A stretch of DNA of 64,000 bases from an uncultured Pseudomonadales bacterium (lineage in GTDB: Bacteria; Patescibacteriota; Microgenomatia; UBA1400; PJMF01), in assembly GCA_964406075.1 (NCBI GenBank), contig CAYOQI010000002.1:18700-82699 (forward strand). Reading direction: 5' to 3'. The notes below the pieces were generated by a model that saw only the letters and a program-made list of their open reading frames with translations, had not been told where the DNA came from and did no database searches. Shown piece after piece: positions 35,251-43,708 of the stretch. The first letter of the stretch is position 1. Each line of letters starts with the position of its first letter. The position numbers were made by a program, and so were the translations under genes.

Positions 35251-36816
35251 TTAAGCAACTGCTCGAAGTTGAAAGACACTTTGACCACTTACTGGATTTG
35301 TTGGACCCATTTGCCAAAGACTATCAATTTTGGTGGTGTTGCCTCTAGATAGAATCTGAAAGGAAGGAAGGAACGAAACTTCAGATTTAGTTTGATTCGA
35401 AATTTTAGGAGAGTGTGAGGTCTGGGAATAATTAATACGCTTATCCGAAATTGCTGATAGTGGCTGTCCACGTTTATAAGAACAATGAGTGCATCTATTC
35501 GAATTTGTAGACAGATGCTGACAATTTGGACAAACCTGACATGTATCTATCCCTAGACCAGGATGTAATCCTCCAAATCCATTGGCTCCGTTTTTTACTA
35601 AGCCACCTCCTGCAGATAATGCTCCACAGATTCCCCACCCACCCACTCGAGTGAAAATCGTCGGAATGACATTTGCAAGCGAACCCAGAAATGCGACTCT
35701 ATCACCAGTTTTAACTAAGACTTCATCAAATTTTTTCACCACTTCTTCACCAGGAACATTTTTATTGAGCAACAAAGGATTTGCCAGAGCTTCAAAAAAG
35801 ATCTTCAAATTCGTATCTTGTGTAATACTTGGGGCATGTGTAAATTCACGTTGGAAAATTTCTAAAATGGCATGTATGGATGAGTCAATTGATTTTGCTT
35901 GTTGGTCCTGGCGCTTCCGAGCTCGACGAATCCTTCGAGGAAGCAACCAATCTCCTGCTTGTACTCCTAACTTAACTAATAACTCCTCAGGCCCTAGATT
36001 ATTTTTGTCTTCGGACAACTGAATGATCCTCATCATTGTTGCTTCTTCATCAAATTGATCCAAATGAAACGTATCAACTTGGTCAATGTTTAATAATTTG
36101 TGAGCTTGTGCTCTCCAGCCTATGCGATGGTAATACCCTTGTGACTCCACTACATACTTCACCTCATCTGAATTTGATTGAGGAAAAGCGACTAACCGAT
36201 AGACATTAAAGTACGAACCTCCTCCCGCATGTGCTTCACTTCTCGGCATGGCCAATGCATACCAAGGGCTGGTAAATCCTTCTTGAAGATTTCCTTTTCT
36301 ATCAGAAATTTGAACGGATTCAGCTGATGTCGCCAATTTTTGAAGTAAAGGCAGAGATAACAAAGGATCTTGAGCTAAATGTTCATTGACTAATTTTTGA
36401 GTTTGCAAAAATTCTAATAAATAGCGTTGAACAAAAACTTCGGCGTACCGTGCTCCACTCTGCTCCCCATGCTTTCCTTTTCCCGCAGCGAACAGCCAAC
36501 CTTCTTTTGCTCTCTCCACAATATCTGGTTGAGAAGGATAATCAGGATCTAAAACTTGTATTCCACCTTCTTCTTTTTGCTCGACCTCGTACAAAAAACG
36601 CGGTGACAACGGCAAGATCACTTGTTCTTGGATGAGGGTGAGTAACTGTTTTCGTAAAAGTGGGACGAATTTTTCGATCGCTTTTTCTTTTCCAAGCAAG
36701 TCTACCGCTTTTTTGAAATCTTCCAGCAGATGTGACAAATTAAATACCTGAGGAATTTCAGATTCTTTTATTTCTTTTCCCTGAACAATGAAGGTCCGTT
36801 CTCGCTCTCTTCCCAT
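35251..36816 (-). CDS. Orphan 521-aa protein with an Arg-rich segment and a C-terminal Cys-rich zinc-ribbon-like motif
   Basis: Coding-like composition. It contains LLPRRIRRARKRQDQQ, a Gly-rich GGWGICGALSAGGGLVKNGANGFGG segment, and CQVCPNCQHLSTNSNRCTHC. No family recognised. Confidence 0.6.
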   Translation of the reverse strand: MGRERERTFIVQGKEIKESEIPQVFNLSHLLEDFKKAVDLLGKEKAIEKFVPLLRKQLLTLIQEQVILPLSPRFLYEVEQKEEGGIQVLDPDYPSQPDIVERAKEGWLFAAGKGKHGEQSGARYAEVFVQRYLLEFLQTQKLVNEHLAQDPLLSLPLLQKLATSAESVQISDRKGNLQEGFTSPWYALAMPRSEAHAGGGSYFNVYRLVAFPQSNSDEVKYVVESQGYYHRIGWRAQAHKLLNIDQVDTFHLDQFDEEATMMRIIQLSEDKNNLGPEELLVKLGVQAGDWLLPRRIRRARKRQDQQAKSIDSSIHAILEIFQREFTHAPSITQDTNLKIFFEALANPLLLNKNVPGEEVVKKFDEVLVKTGDRVAFLGSLANVIPTIFTRVGGWGICGALSAGGGLVKNGANGFGGLHPGLGIDTCQVCPNCQHLSTNSNRCTHCSYKRGQPLSAISDKRINYSQTSHSPKISNQTKSEVSFLPSFQILSRGNTTKIDSLWQMGPTNPVSGQSVFQLRAVA

Positions 36817-36825
36817 AAAAAAAGC

Positions 36826-37190
36826 TCTCTAGAGCCTGTTTGAGAAGTCCCTTTCAATTCGAAAGGCAGTCAGGTTCGAGAAAAAAAGTGTGCAGAACGA
36901 CGAAGTAGTAGCTCGGTCTACTTCAAGGAGTGATAAGCACTTTTTTACCGAATCCTGCTGACTTGCAGAAGAATGCGACTTTTCAAATAGGCTCTGTGGA
37001 GCATGCGGAGACGACAAAAGTCGACAAAAAAAATCCGATGCTCGTCGAAATTCCGGTGAACACCGGAACGCGTTTGAAGATCGGACTTTGCGCGATCCCG
37101 ACAAACTTTGTCGTGGATCGGCATCACCGTTGCGGCACAGTTCTGGATTTCTCACCTAAGTCAGGCGAGGCACCAGATTCCAGCAAACGC
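36826..37190. ncRNA. Unclassified highly structured RNA candidate; strand unresolved
   Basis: The region is richer in G+C than its flanks. The ORFs predicted here are Arg/Ser/Cys-rich and not protein-like. There are at least 10 nested helices, including an 18-bp long-range helix (36832-36849 / 36977-36994), a perfect 8-bp hairpin (37051-37068), and a second domain closed by 37070-37076 / 37184-37190. Confidence 0.65.
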
Positions 37191-37244
37191 TAAGTATTGT
37201 TTACTTGTAACAAAAAACTGAACACGACACAACCAACAACTTCT

Positions 37245-37493
37245 TTACATCATGGTCATCAGATAGGTCAGCACGAATACACCTGTAACAATCAAGAAAA
37301 TCATAATTAAGTTTCTAGCATTCGGATGTTGATCGTAGAACTCCACTTGTTCATTGTGAAGACGTGGTTTCGTCCAGTGAGAATGAGTTTTAGCTGGAGA
37401 TGAAGCTACTTTTCTTACAGCTTTTTTAGCTGAAACTTTTTTCTTTGGTGCTGCTTTTTTAGCAGAAGTCGTTCGGGCAGGTTTCTTTTTCAT
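37245..37493 (-). CDS. Lys/Ala-rich basic protein with a C-terminal TM anchor
   Basis: MKKKPARTTSAKKAAPKKKVSAKKAVRKV... followed by LIMIFLIVTGVFVLTYLM. Confidence 0.6.
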   Translation of the reverse strand: MKKKPARTTSAKKAAPKKKVSAKKAVRKVASSPAKTHSHWTKPRLHNEQVEFYDQHPNARNLIMIFLIVTGVFVLTYLMTMM

Positions 37494-37583
37494 ACGACAT
37501 CCTTATGTGGAGTATTTAATAACTCCATCCATCATACACTGAGGAAAAAAAAGGAATCAAGGATATAAAATGGACAAAAATAT

Positions 37584-37793
37584 TTACGAGTTATTTCTCG
37601 CTCCAAGCGGCTTGTGTGGAATAAGAGGGATTTTTGGTCTCTGTTTTTGTCTTTCAACTTCTAGTGCTGCAACAATCTCTAACGGAGACGGCGGAGCCTC
37701 GCGAGTAAATTCATAAATAACTACTAGTTCAGCATTATTAGGATCGTAATGACTTTCTAAAACTCTTTCACGTTGACCTGGAAGTGATGACAT
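37584..37793 (-). CDS. Hypothetical protein (69 aa)
   Basis: The ORF has an AAAGGAGGAG RBS immediately upstream of its ATG at 37793. Confidence 0.55.
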   Translation of the reverse strand: MSSLPGQRERVLESHYDPNNAELVVIYEFTREAPPSPLEIVAALEVERQKQRPKIPLIPHKPLGARNNS

Positions 37794-37836
37794 TCTCCTC
37801 CTTTAGGATGAAAAATAATGTTTGGGCCAAAAAAAA

Positions 37837-38208
37837 TCACCAAATTCCTTGATCTTTCATAAAACATTTTGTGGTCACTTGTAAACCAAGTTGCTTTGCT
37901 TTTTCCACAACTTCCAAAGATTCTGAACCTGGTTGCATCCAGATATTTTTTATACCTAAGTTATGACATTCATCGACAATTTGAGATGTAACGCTATGAG
38001 GAACAACGGTAATTACAAGTTCAGGAAGAGTAGGAAGATCTGACAAGGAGGAGAAAATTGGTTGATTTAAAACTGATTCAGCTTTGGGATTGATGCCAAT
38101 TACTTGATAACCATTGTCCAATAAATCAGCAAAAATTCTATGACCATACTTTTCAGGTTTGGCGGAAACACCTACCAAAGCTATTTTCGTTTGACGATTA
38201 AACATCAA
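37837..38208 (-). CDS. CoA-binding domain protein (YccU-like)
   Basis: KIALVGVSAKPEKYGHRIFADLLDNGYQVIGINPK. Confidence 0.8.
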   Translation of the reverse strand: MMFNRQTKIALVGVSAKPEKYGHRIFADLLDNGYQVIGINPKAESVLNQPIFSSLSDLPTLPELVITVVPHSVTSQIVDECHNLGIKNIWMQPGSESLEVVEKAKQLGLQVTTKCFMKDQGIW

Positions 38209-38248
38209 ATTAAAAGGTGAACACGTAATAATAAACGCCTAATTTTCT

Positions 38249-38545
38249 CTATTCTCTTCTCTCAATCGTAATAGTGCACTCTGTAACAAGAGCAGCCAAA
38301 GCACCAAGTGCTGCCCAAACGGGCGCCAGGACCAAGCCAGCAACACCAATACTCAGTGGCAGTACGATTAATGACTTTCCATTTTTATCTTTAATCGTGA
38401 TGCGTCGAATATTTCCTTCTTTGATGAGGTTTTTTACTTTAGCGATTAAATCTTCCCCATTTACTTTGAAACTTTCTTGCTTTGGAGATTCAGTTTTTTT
38501 GGTCTTGGGTTCTTCAGCTTGCGCTGTGGTTTTTTTGGTTGGCAT
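38249..38545 (-). CDS. DUF4342-like protein
   Basis: FKVNGEDLIAKVKNLIKEGNIRRITIKDKNGKSLIVLPLSIGVAG with a hydrophobic tail. Confidence 0.6.
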   Translation of the reverse strand: MPTKKTTAQAEEPKTKKTESPKQESFKVNGEDLIAKVKNLIKEGNIRRITIKDKNGKSLIVLPLSIGVAGLVLAPVWAALGALAALVTECTITIERRE

Positions 38546-38583
38546 ATTTTTTTAAAATTAAAAAGTAAGGTAACAATGCGAAT

Positions 38584-38790
38584 TTAATCCTTTTTTGCTC
38601 TCTGCTTTAAAAGATCGTTTATTGCCTGAGAAGTTTCAGAATCAATTCTTCTGTCGACAGATCCATCTAGATGAATAATGCGCTTAGCTAATAGCTCGGT
38701 GTAGAGAGCCTCTGAAAGCACTTCTGGAGGATGAGCACGTAATAGATCATTAATGGCTCTGTTTTGTTCTTCTGTTAGATTTCTTGACAT
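38584..38790 (-). CDS. Hypothetical 68-aa protein with an internal AINDLL repeat
   Basis: RAINDLLRA and QAINDLLKQ flank a central segment. Confidence 0.5.
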   Translation of the reverse strand: MSRNLTEEQNRAINDLLRAHPPEVLSEALYTELLAKRIIHLDGSVDRRIDSETSQAINDLLKQRAKKD

Positions 38791-38810
38791 ATCCCTATTA
38801 TACTCCTTTT

Positions 38811-39683
38811 TTACAGCAACTCACTCGTGTGCTCTTCCGCCTTTTGTTCAAAAGGCAGGATATACATATCTGTTCGATACTCATTTGTTCCGACAAATTC
38901 ACCCTCATTTTTCAATACTCTCTCAAGTGGTCGACATGCAAAACACCCATCCTCTCCTGCTGAACATTTGAATAGTTGAAGCTGACGAGCCAGCTTGACT
39001 TGTTTGGCCAGTTTGAGCACTTGTTCATGTGCAGTATCTAAATCCGGTAATGCTTTTTCGACTAACTCATCACTCCATTCGAGATACCAGTAACTGGCTT
39101 TCTCTACTTTACGATGCTGACAATGATGAACGAGTAAATGGTAAATCGGAAGCTGCATGGAATTTCCATCTTCTTCCGCTTTGCTTGTTTTGAAATCAAT
39201 AATATGGACACTATCGTTTGAAGGCAGGTATTCTAGCCAATCAATTTTTCCACATAAAATAATATTGTCGGCGTCTGATAACCAAAAGTAGGGTAAAGAT
39301 TGTTTGATTTTGACAGCCATGTTCACCAACGGGCCAGGAGTACGCATGATTCGTCGCAACATCTCCTCACCTCTTTTTTTATACTTTTCTTCTTGTTCAA
39401 TTGAAGAAAATCCACCTTTTTTACCACTGACCTTTTTCCACGCATTTTCAAATTTAACCAGCAAAGATTCTGAAAATCTGTTTTGAGTAGGCAAAACCGA
39501 CAGAGACTCTACCACCTCATGCACCGCTTGACCCAACGCTAACGGTGGACTCATGACTTGAATCTTATGTTTTGTGGCTGGATCTTTGTATACATTTTTT
39601 AAATAGTATGCACGCGGACACTTCACAAAATCGCTCAATGACGTATGTGATACCCAGACAGCTGAAAATTTATCTTGAACCAT
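38811..39683 (-). CDS. PD-(D/E)xK nuclease with a Cas4/AddB-like Fe-S cysteine pattern
   Basis: KCPRAYYL (N-terminal Cys), GKIDWLEY...HIIDFKTSK (D...DxK), QLPIYHLL (QxxxY), and C-terminal CSAGEDGCFAC. Confidence 0.7.
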   Translation of the reverse strand: MVQDKFSAVWVSHTSLSDFVKCPRAYYLKNVYKDPATKHKIQVMSPPLALGQAVHEVVESLSVLPTQNRFSESLLVKFENAWKKVSGKKGGFSSIEQEEKYKKRGEEMLRRIMRTPGPLVNMAVKIKQSLPYFWLSDADNIILCGKIDWLEYLPSNDSVHIIDFKTSKAEEDGNSMQLPIYHLLVHHCQHRKVEKASYWYLEWSDELVEKALPDLDTAHEQVLKLAKQVKLARQLQLFKCSAGEDGCFACRPLERVLKNEGEFVGTNEYRTDMYILPFEQKAEEHTSELL

Positions 39684-39719
39684 ATAGTGGTAAGTATAAC
39701 AAATTTAAAAAAAACCGAT

Positions 39720-40151
39720 TTATAAAAATCCCAGTAATAATACGCACAGCCCACAATAAAGTAAGGGGAAAATCCCCCACCAAAAAGCTAAATACCACCA
39801 CTTAGAAAACCAGGCTCTCCAAGTTTTAAAAGTGGAAAACAAACCGACAACAATAAATGTCGAGGCAACCAACCAGAATGTCATCTCATCATCAGAGGTA
39901 ATATTTTCTTTTTCATACATGAAAATTAATTGAGCTAAACCAATCACCGTCATAATCATCGACCAAGAAAAGGCGATCAATAAAAGCAAACACACTGCCG
40001 AAACAAAATAAATAATTGACCAAAATATTTTTTTGGTCAATTGTTTGGAGGAAGATTCAGTTAAAAAGTGAGAAGTATTGCTCGAATGAACTGGTTTTAC
40101 TCTAGAACGACGGCTTTTCTTTACTGGTGTGACTGGACTTGCTTTCTTCAT
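39720..40151 (-). CDS. Hypothetical membrane protein
   Basis: A basic N-terminus followed by 4 predicted TM helices. Confidence 0.55.
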   Translation of the reverse strand: MKKASPVTPVKKSRRSRVKPVHSSNTSHFLTESSSKQLTKKIFWSIIYFVSAVCLLLLIAFSWSMIMTVIGLAQLIFMYEKENITSDDEMTFWLVASTFIVVGLFSTFKTWRAWFSKWWYLAFWWGIFPLLYCGLCVLLLGFL

Positions 40152-40207
40152 ATAATATTCACATCTGCTTTTAACTCTTAATTTTTTGGTTCTGATACAA
40201 TACAGCT

Positions 40208-40474
40208 ATGCTTGAAAATGTTTACTATGTGCTCGCTAGTATTTTTATCGTATTACTCATTTTCGTACTAGTAGCAACTATTGTGATTGGTGCTTTGTTT
40301 CTCTTTGGTATACGAAAATTCTCAAGGGACATGAATTCTCGAGGAAATCGATTATTAACAGCTTTAACGGAACCTCGTCCTGGGAAAATCAATCTGGTAA
40401 CCTTCGCACCCCTTTTACCTCTTTTGCCCTATATTCTCAGAATGATGAGTAATTTCAAGAAGAAAAAAATCTAA
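40208..40474 (+). CDS. Hypothetical small membrane protein
   Basis: An 88-aa ORF with one long TM helix (YYVLASIFIVLLIFVLVATIVIGALFLFGI). Confidence 0.5.
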   Translation: MLENVYYVLASIFIVLLIFVLVATIVIGALFLFGIRKFSRDMNSRGNRLLTALTEPRPGKINLVTFAPLLPLLPYILRMMSNFKKKKI

Positions 40475-40496
40475 GCTTGTCTGTTTCCCTTAAACT

Positions 40497-40739
40497 TTAC
40501 GAATTCGGACGTACTTGGATAACATCAAAATGTGCATCAGGAGCTAATCCCATTCCTGTAAATAGTTCGTGCAATCTAACAGTAATTTTCCCATCAGTAG
40601 GATTATGATGTTTTGTTTCTCCCTCAATTATTTTAGCAACTTTAGAAGTAACGACTCTTCTTGAATTACCTACTTTTAAAATGTATGTTCCTTCTCTGTC
40701 GGCATTTGGTTTTAACTGAAATTCAACTAATCCACTCAT
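40497..40739 (-). CDS. Hypothetical protein (80 aa)
   Basis: ORF with coding-like composition. A GGAGATCGAT RBS-like sequence lies upstream. Confidence 0.5.
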   Translation of the reverse strand: MSGLVEFQLKPNADREGTYILKVGNSRRVVTSKVAKIIEGETKHHNPTDGKITVRLHELFTGMGLAPDAHFDVIQVRPNS

Positions 40740-40873
40740 ATCGATCTCCTATTCAATTTATATGGATATCACCATAACTTTTTTACTGTGAGTAAAACAG
40801 TCTCACCTTTTAGTACATTTCTGTATATACTAGAAATTCTTCAAAAAAAATTGATATTGCAAACTATTTTCTG

Positions 40874-41242
40874 TTATTGACGTAGCCTTGAGGTTATCCC
40901 AGTAATATAACAGACAAAGCTTTCACTTCCTTCGCAAACGATAAAAAGTTCACCAGTTTTTAAATTTGCTTGCACGACCCCTTTTGGATGATCAAATGAC
41001 ACACGAACTTCTTGATCGGTCATATAAATCTGATGACCTTTTATTGGAGAAATTGAAGTAAGGACAGCACGAAAACGAGAGTTTATCTTGACGTAAGAAT
41101 ACTTGTTCTCATACAGAATTTTAACTCTTGCTCCAGGTTTTATTGTATATATCGCTCGATGCAATTCCTTGGCTCGCACAATGCCTTTTGCTTTTTCTGC
41201 TAATTCAGTTTTTGGTTTTTTTCTTCTTCTAGTTTCGACCAT
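40874..41242 (-). CDS. Hypothetical protein (122 aa) with a basic N-terminus
   Basis: ORF only; MVETRRRKKPKTELAEKAKG. No family recognised. Confidence 0.5.
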   Translation of the reverse strand: MVETRRRKKPKTELAEKAKGIVRAKELHRAIYTIKPGARVKILYENKYSYVKINSRFRAVLTSISPIKGHQIYMTDQEVRVSFDHPKGVVQANLKTGELFIVCEGSESFVCYITGITSRLRQ

Positions 41243-41282
41243 TCAAATAATATTAACAGTAGTTAGAAAAAAAATTTGTAAT

Positions 41283-41309
41283 AAAAAAAGGGCCTTTCAG
41301 CCCTTTTTT
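41283..41309 (-). terminator. Rho-independent terminator after the cupredoxin gene
   Basis: An A7 run, then AAGGGC / GCCCTT stem, then a T6 run. Confidence 0.7.
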
Positions 41310-41329
41310 CTTACAAATAAATTTTAAAT

Positions 41330-41770
41330 TTATTCCACAATCATTTTTCCAATCATACCCATCTCTCTGTGTTTCATGTAACTACAGTAATACTCAAACG
41401 TCTTTCCGGCCGCATCTGCTGGAACAGTGAACGTAATTGTTTCTTCACCTTCACCTGTAATTTGTGAGGTTTTTGCACCTTCAATTTCATCAATTACAAA
41501 ATCATGAGTGCCCTCTACATTGACCAATTTAACAGTGACTGTTTGACCAGCTTTCACTTTCATTTCAGGTACAGAAAATTTAAAGTTACTACTCTCCACG
41601 GTAAAATCTGCATCTTGTGCCTGCATATTTGTTGTTTCGGTCGTTTCCATCACAGCTGGAATTGAATCTGTTTCAGTAGCAGTATCTGTAGAAGTGGTGG
41701 CTTGTTGAGAACATCCAGCTAAAACAACTGCGGCGACAGGAATAAAAAGTAACGTTCGTATTGATTTCAT
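41330..41770 (-). CDS. Cupredoxin (plastocyanin/azurin-like) lipoprotein
   Basis: Lipobox in MKSIRTLLFIPVAAVVLAGC. Type-1 copper ligands in GTHDF...YYCSYMKHREMGM. Confidence 0.8.
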   Translation of the reverse strand: MKSIRTLLFIPVAAVVLAGCSQQATTSTDTATETDSIPAVMETTETTNMQAQDADFTVESSNFKFSVPEMKVKAGQTVTVKLVNVEGTHDFVIDEIEGAKTSQITGEGEETITFTVPADAAGKTFEYYCSYMKHREMGMIGKMIVE

Positions 41771-41866
41771 TGGGCCTCCTCGATTGACCTTTGGACTTTT
41801 ATAAGTAAAGTACAGAATACTGAAGATTTCAGAATAATACAAGTTGTAGTAGGTGACTATTTACAC

Positions 41867-43702
41867 TTATTTAATCAATTCGTACACGGCTTTTACAATG
41901 GCCGCTGCCGAAATGTTTTCATACTCTAAGAGTTCCTGAGGAGTGCCACTGTGAGGTATTTTTCTGACAGCTAAGGAAACGATCGGAATATTTGTGGGAG
42001 TAAGTGCACTTTTAATTGTCTCAGCAATACCCCCCTCCGGATAATGATCTTCGACGATAATCATCGCTTGAGTTTCTTGCAACGCTTTCATAAGCGTTTG
42101 GGTATCAAGTGGTTTTATGGAATAGAGATCAATAATTCGAAGTGAAACACCAACCTTTTGAAGCTCATCAAACGCCTTGAGTGCTTCATGTACAGTGATG
42201 CCGGCTGCTACAACAGTAACTTGATCTTTCTCAGAAGATCGCACAGTTTTACTTCCTCCAATACGAAACTCTTCATCTTCAGAATATAAAATGGGAGTTG
42301 GCTCGCGTGTGGTTCGGATGTAAACACTACCTTTTTGAGCAATCGCTAATTCCGCCAACTTATCAGCAGAAGTCGCATCAGATGGATATAAAACGGTACT
42401 TCCAAATACAGACCGAAACAGAGCAATGTCTTCCAATCCCATTTGTGATCCACCATCTTTTCCGATAGAAACACCAGCATATGAGCCGAGATAAATAATG
42501 TGTTCTTGTGCTTGCCCTGCCATGCGAATTTGATCAAAGGCTCGGGTAAAAAAAGCCGCAAAGGTAGAAACAATTGGCAACTTTCCACGCGTCGCCAATC
42601 CAAGTGCCGTTCCCACCATGTTTTGCTCAGCCACAAACATTTCCAAAAAATGATCTGAATATGTTTTTTTAATATCTTCCATGTGAGTGGAATTACTGAC
42701 TTCAGCATCCAGAGCAATAATTTCGGGATGAGCAGCAATGGATTTCAATATACCTTGAGCCACGGCTTTTTTTGTCGCGATTAATTCTGAAGACGAAAAA
42801 GGTGGCAAATCGACAGGAGAAGGTAACGACTGTTGAGGTTGCTTCTTTTCAGGTGAAGAGATTTTCCCGAGGATATTTTTATCAAATGTCCCGAGTTCTT
42901 GAAGTGCTGGCGATACTTGTTCTGATGATAAAGTTTTGCTGTGCCAACCTTCTTTGTTTTCCCAAATCGAAAATCCTTTGCCTTTCATTGTCTTGGCAAT
43001 AATCATGAAAGGAGTGTCGGGATCTTTTCCTGATTCAAGATACGCTTGGTGAATTTGATCCAATGAATGTCCATCAACTAAGTATGTTCTCCACCCAAAC
43101 GCTTGAACTTTTTTTTCATAACTCAAAAGATCATGTCCATGAAGAGTTTCTCCTCGTTGACCTAATCGATTGACGTCGAGAATTCCAATTAGGTTCCCTA
43201 GTTTATAACGAGCCGCAATTTCCAAGGCTTCCCAATTTGATCCTTCAGCGAATTCACTATCCCCTAACAACACAAACGTTTTATATGAAAGCTCATCAAT
43301 TTTTCCAGCTAATGCAATTCCTACACCCGCGGACAAACCTTGCCCAAGTGATCCTGTAGGTACTTCAGTAAATGGAAATTCATTGGTGGGATGACCTTCT
43401 AATCGTGAAGTGAGCTGACGAAGAGAGAGCAGTTCCTCAGGGGAAACTTGTCCCGCAGTTGCCCACAAAGCATAAAATAACGGCGAGGCATGACCTTTGG
43501 AAAAAATTAACCGATCATTATTTGGTTCATTTGGATTTGAGACGTCGAATCGAAAGTGTCCACCAAACATTAAAGCCACCATTAATTCAACCGCAGACAG
43601 CGACGAAGTGGCATGACCTGATCCAGCCGCAGTTGTCGAAACCAAAATATCGTGACGAACACGTTTGGCTAATTCTAGTAAATTGTTTACTTGTTCGGAC
43701 AT
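41867..43702 (-). CDS. tkt: Transketolase (single-chain)
   Basis: GSGHATSSLSAVELMVALMF, GDSEFAEGSNWEAL and the C-terminal Pyr/TK-C regions. Confidence 0.92.
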   Translation of the reverse strand: MSEQVNNLLELAKRVRHDILVSTTAAGSGHATSSLSAVELMVALMFGGHFRFDVSNPNEPNNDRLIFSKGHASPLFYALWATAGQVSPEELLSLRQLTSRLEGHPTNEFPFTEVPTGSLGQGLSAGVGIALAGKIDELSYKTFVLLGDSEFAEGSNWEALEIAARYKLGNLIGILDVNRLGQRGETLHGHDLLSYEKKVQAFGWRTYLVDGHSLDQIHQAYLESGKDPDTPFMIIAKTMKGKGFSIWENKEGWHSKTLSSEQVSPALQELGTFDKNILGKISSPEKKQPQQSLPSPVDLPPFSSSELIATKKAVAQGILKSIAAHPEIIALDAEVSNSTHMEDIKKTYSDHFLEMFVAEQNMVGTALGLATRGKLPIVSTFAAFFTRAFDQIRMAGQAQEHIIYLGSYAGVSIGKDGGSQMGLEDIALFRSVFGSTVLYPSDATSADKLAELAIAQKGSVYIRTTREPTPILYSEDEEFRIGGSKTVRSSEKDQVTVVAAGITVHEALKAFDELQKVGVSLRIIDLYSIKPLDTQTLMKALQETQAMIIVEDHYPEGGIAETIKSALTPTNIPIVSLAVRKIPHSGTPQELLEYENISAAAIVKAVYELIK

Positions 43703-43708
43703 AGTATT

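Noticed and set aside
35129-35471. Short minus-strand ORFs 35129..35317 and 35289..35471 bridging the flavodoxin gene and the 521-aa gene
   Set aside because: They overlap the 3' end of the 521-aa ORF in other frames, and their sequence is low-complexity.
36826-37190. Assigning the structured region to RNase P RNA, tmRNA, SRP RNA or a complete TPP riboswitch
   Set aside because: There is no GGGG 5' end, T-arm or CCA for tmRNA. AAGUCC/GGACUU could mimic RNase P helix P4, but it competes with the much stronger 18-bp helix, and the domain layout (two independently closed domains) does not fit. No SRP helix-8 GGAA/AGCA motif is present. The TPP resemblance is limited to the pyrimidine-sensor arm, and the pyrophosphate arm is missing. 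The region is left unclassified pending a covariance-model search.
36829-37193. Track ORFs 36829..37155 (minus, 108 aa), 36945..37127 (minus) and 36930..37193 (plus, 87 aa) as protein-coding genes
   Set aside because: Their composition (Arg/Ser/Cys-rich, e.g. MRNPELCRNGDADPRQSLSGSRKVRSS) is unlike every confident protein here. They overlap each other on both strands and have no RBS. The region is better explained by dense base-pairing, as an RNA candidate.
42346-42738. A 130-aa same-strand alternate-frame ORF inside the transketolase gene, and similar nested ORFs inside mutS (9433..9831), copA, A2M, dnaG and others
   Set aside because: Each lies wholly inside a confidently identified gene, in another frame or on the opposite strand. 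None has independent signals.
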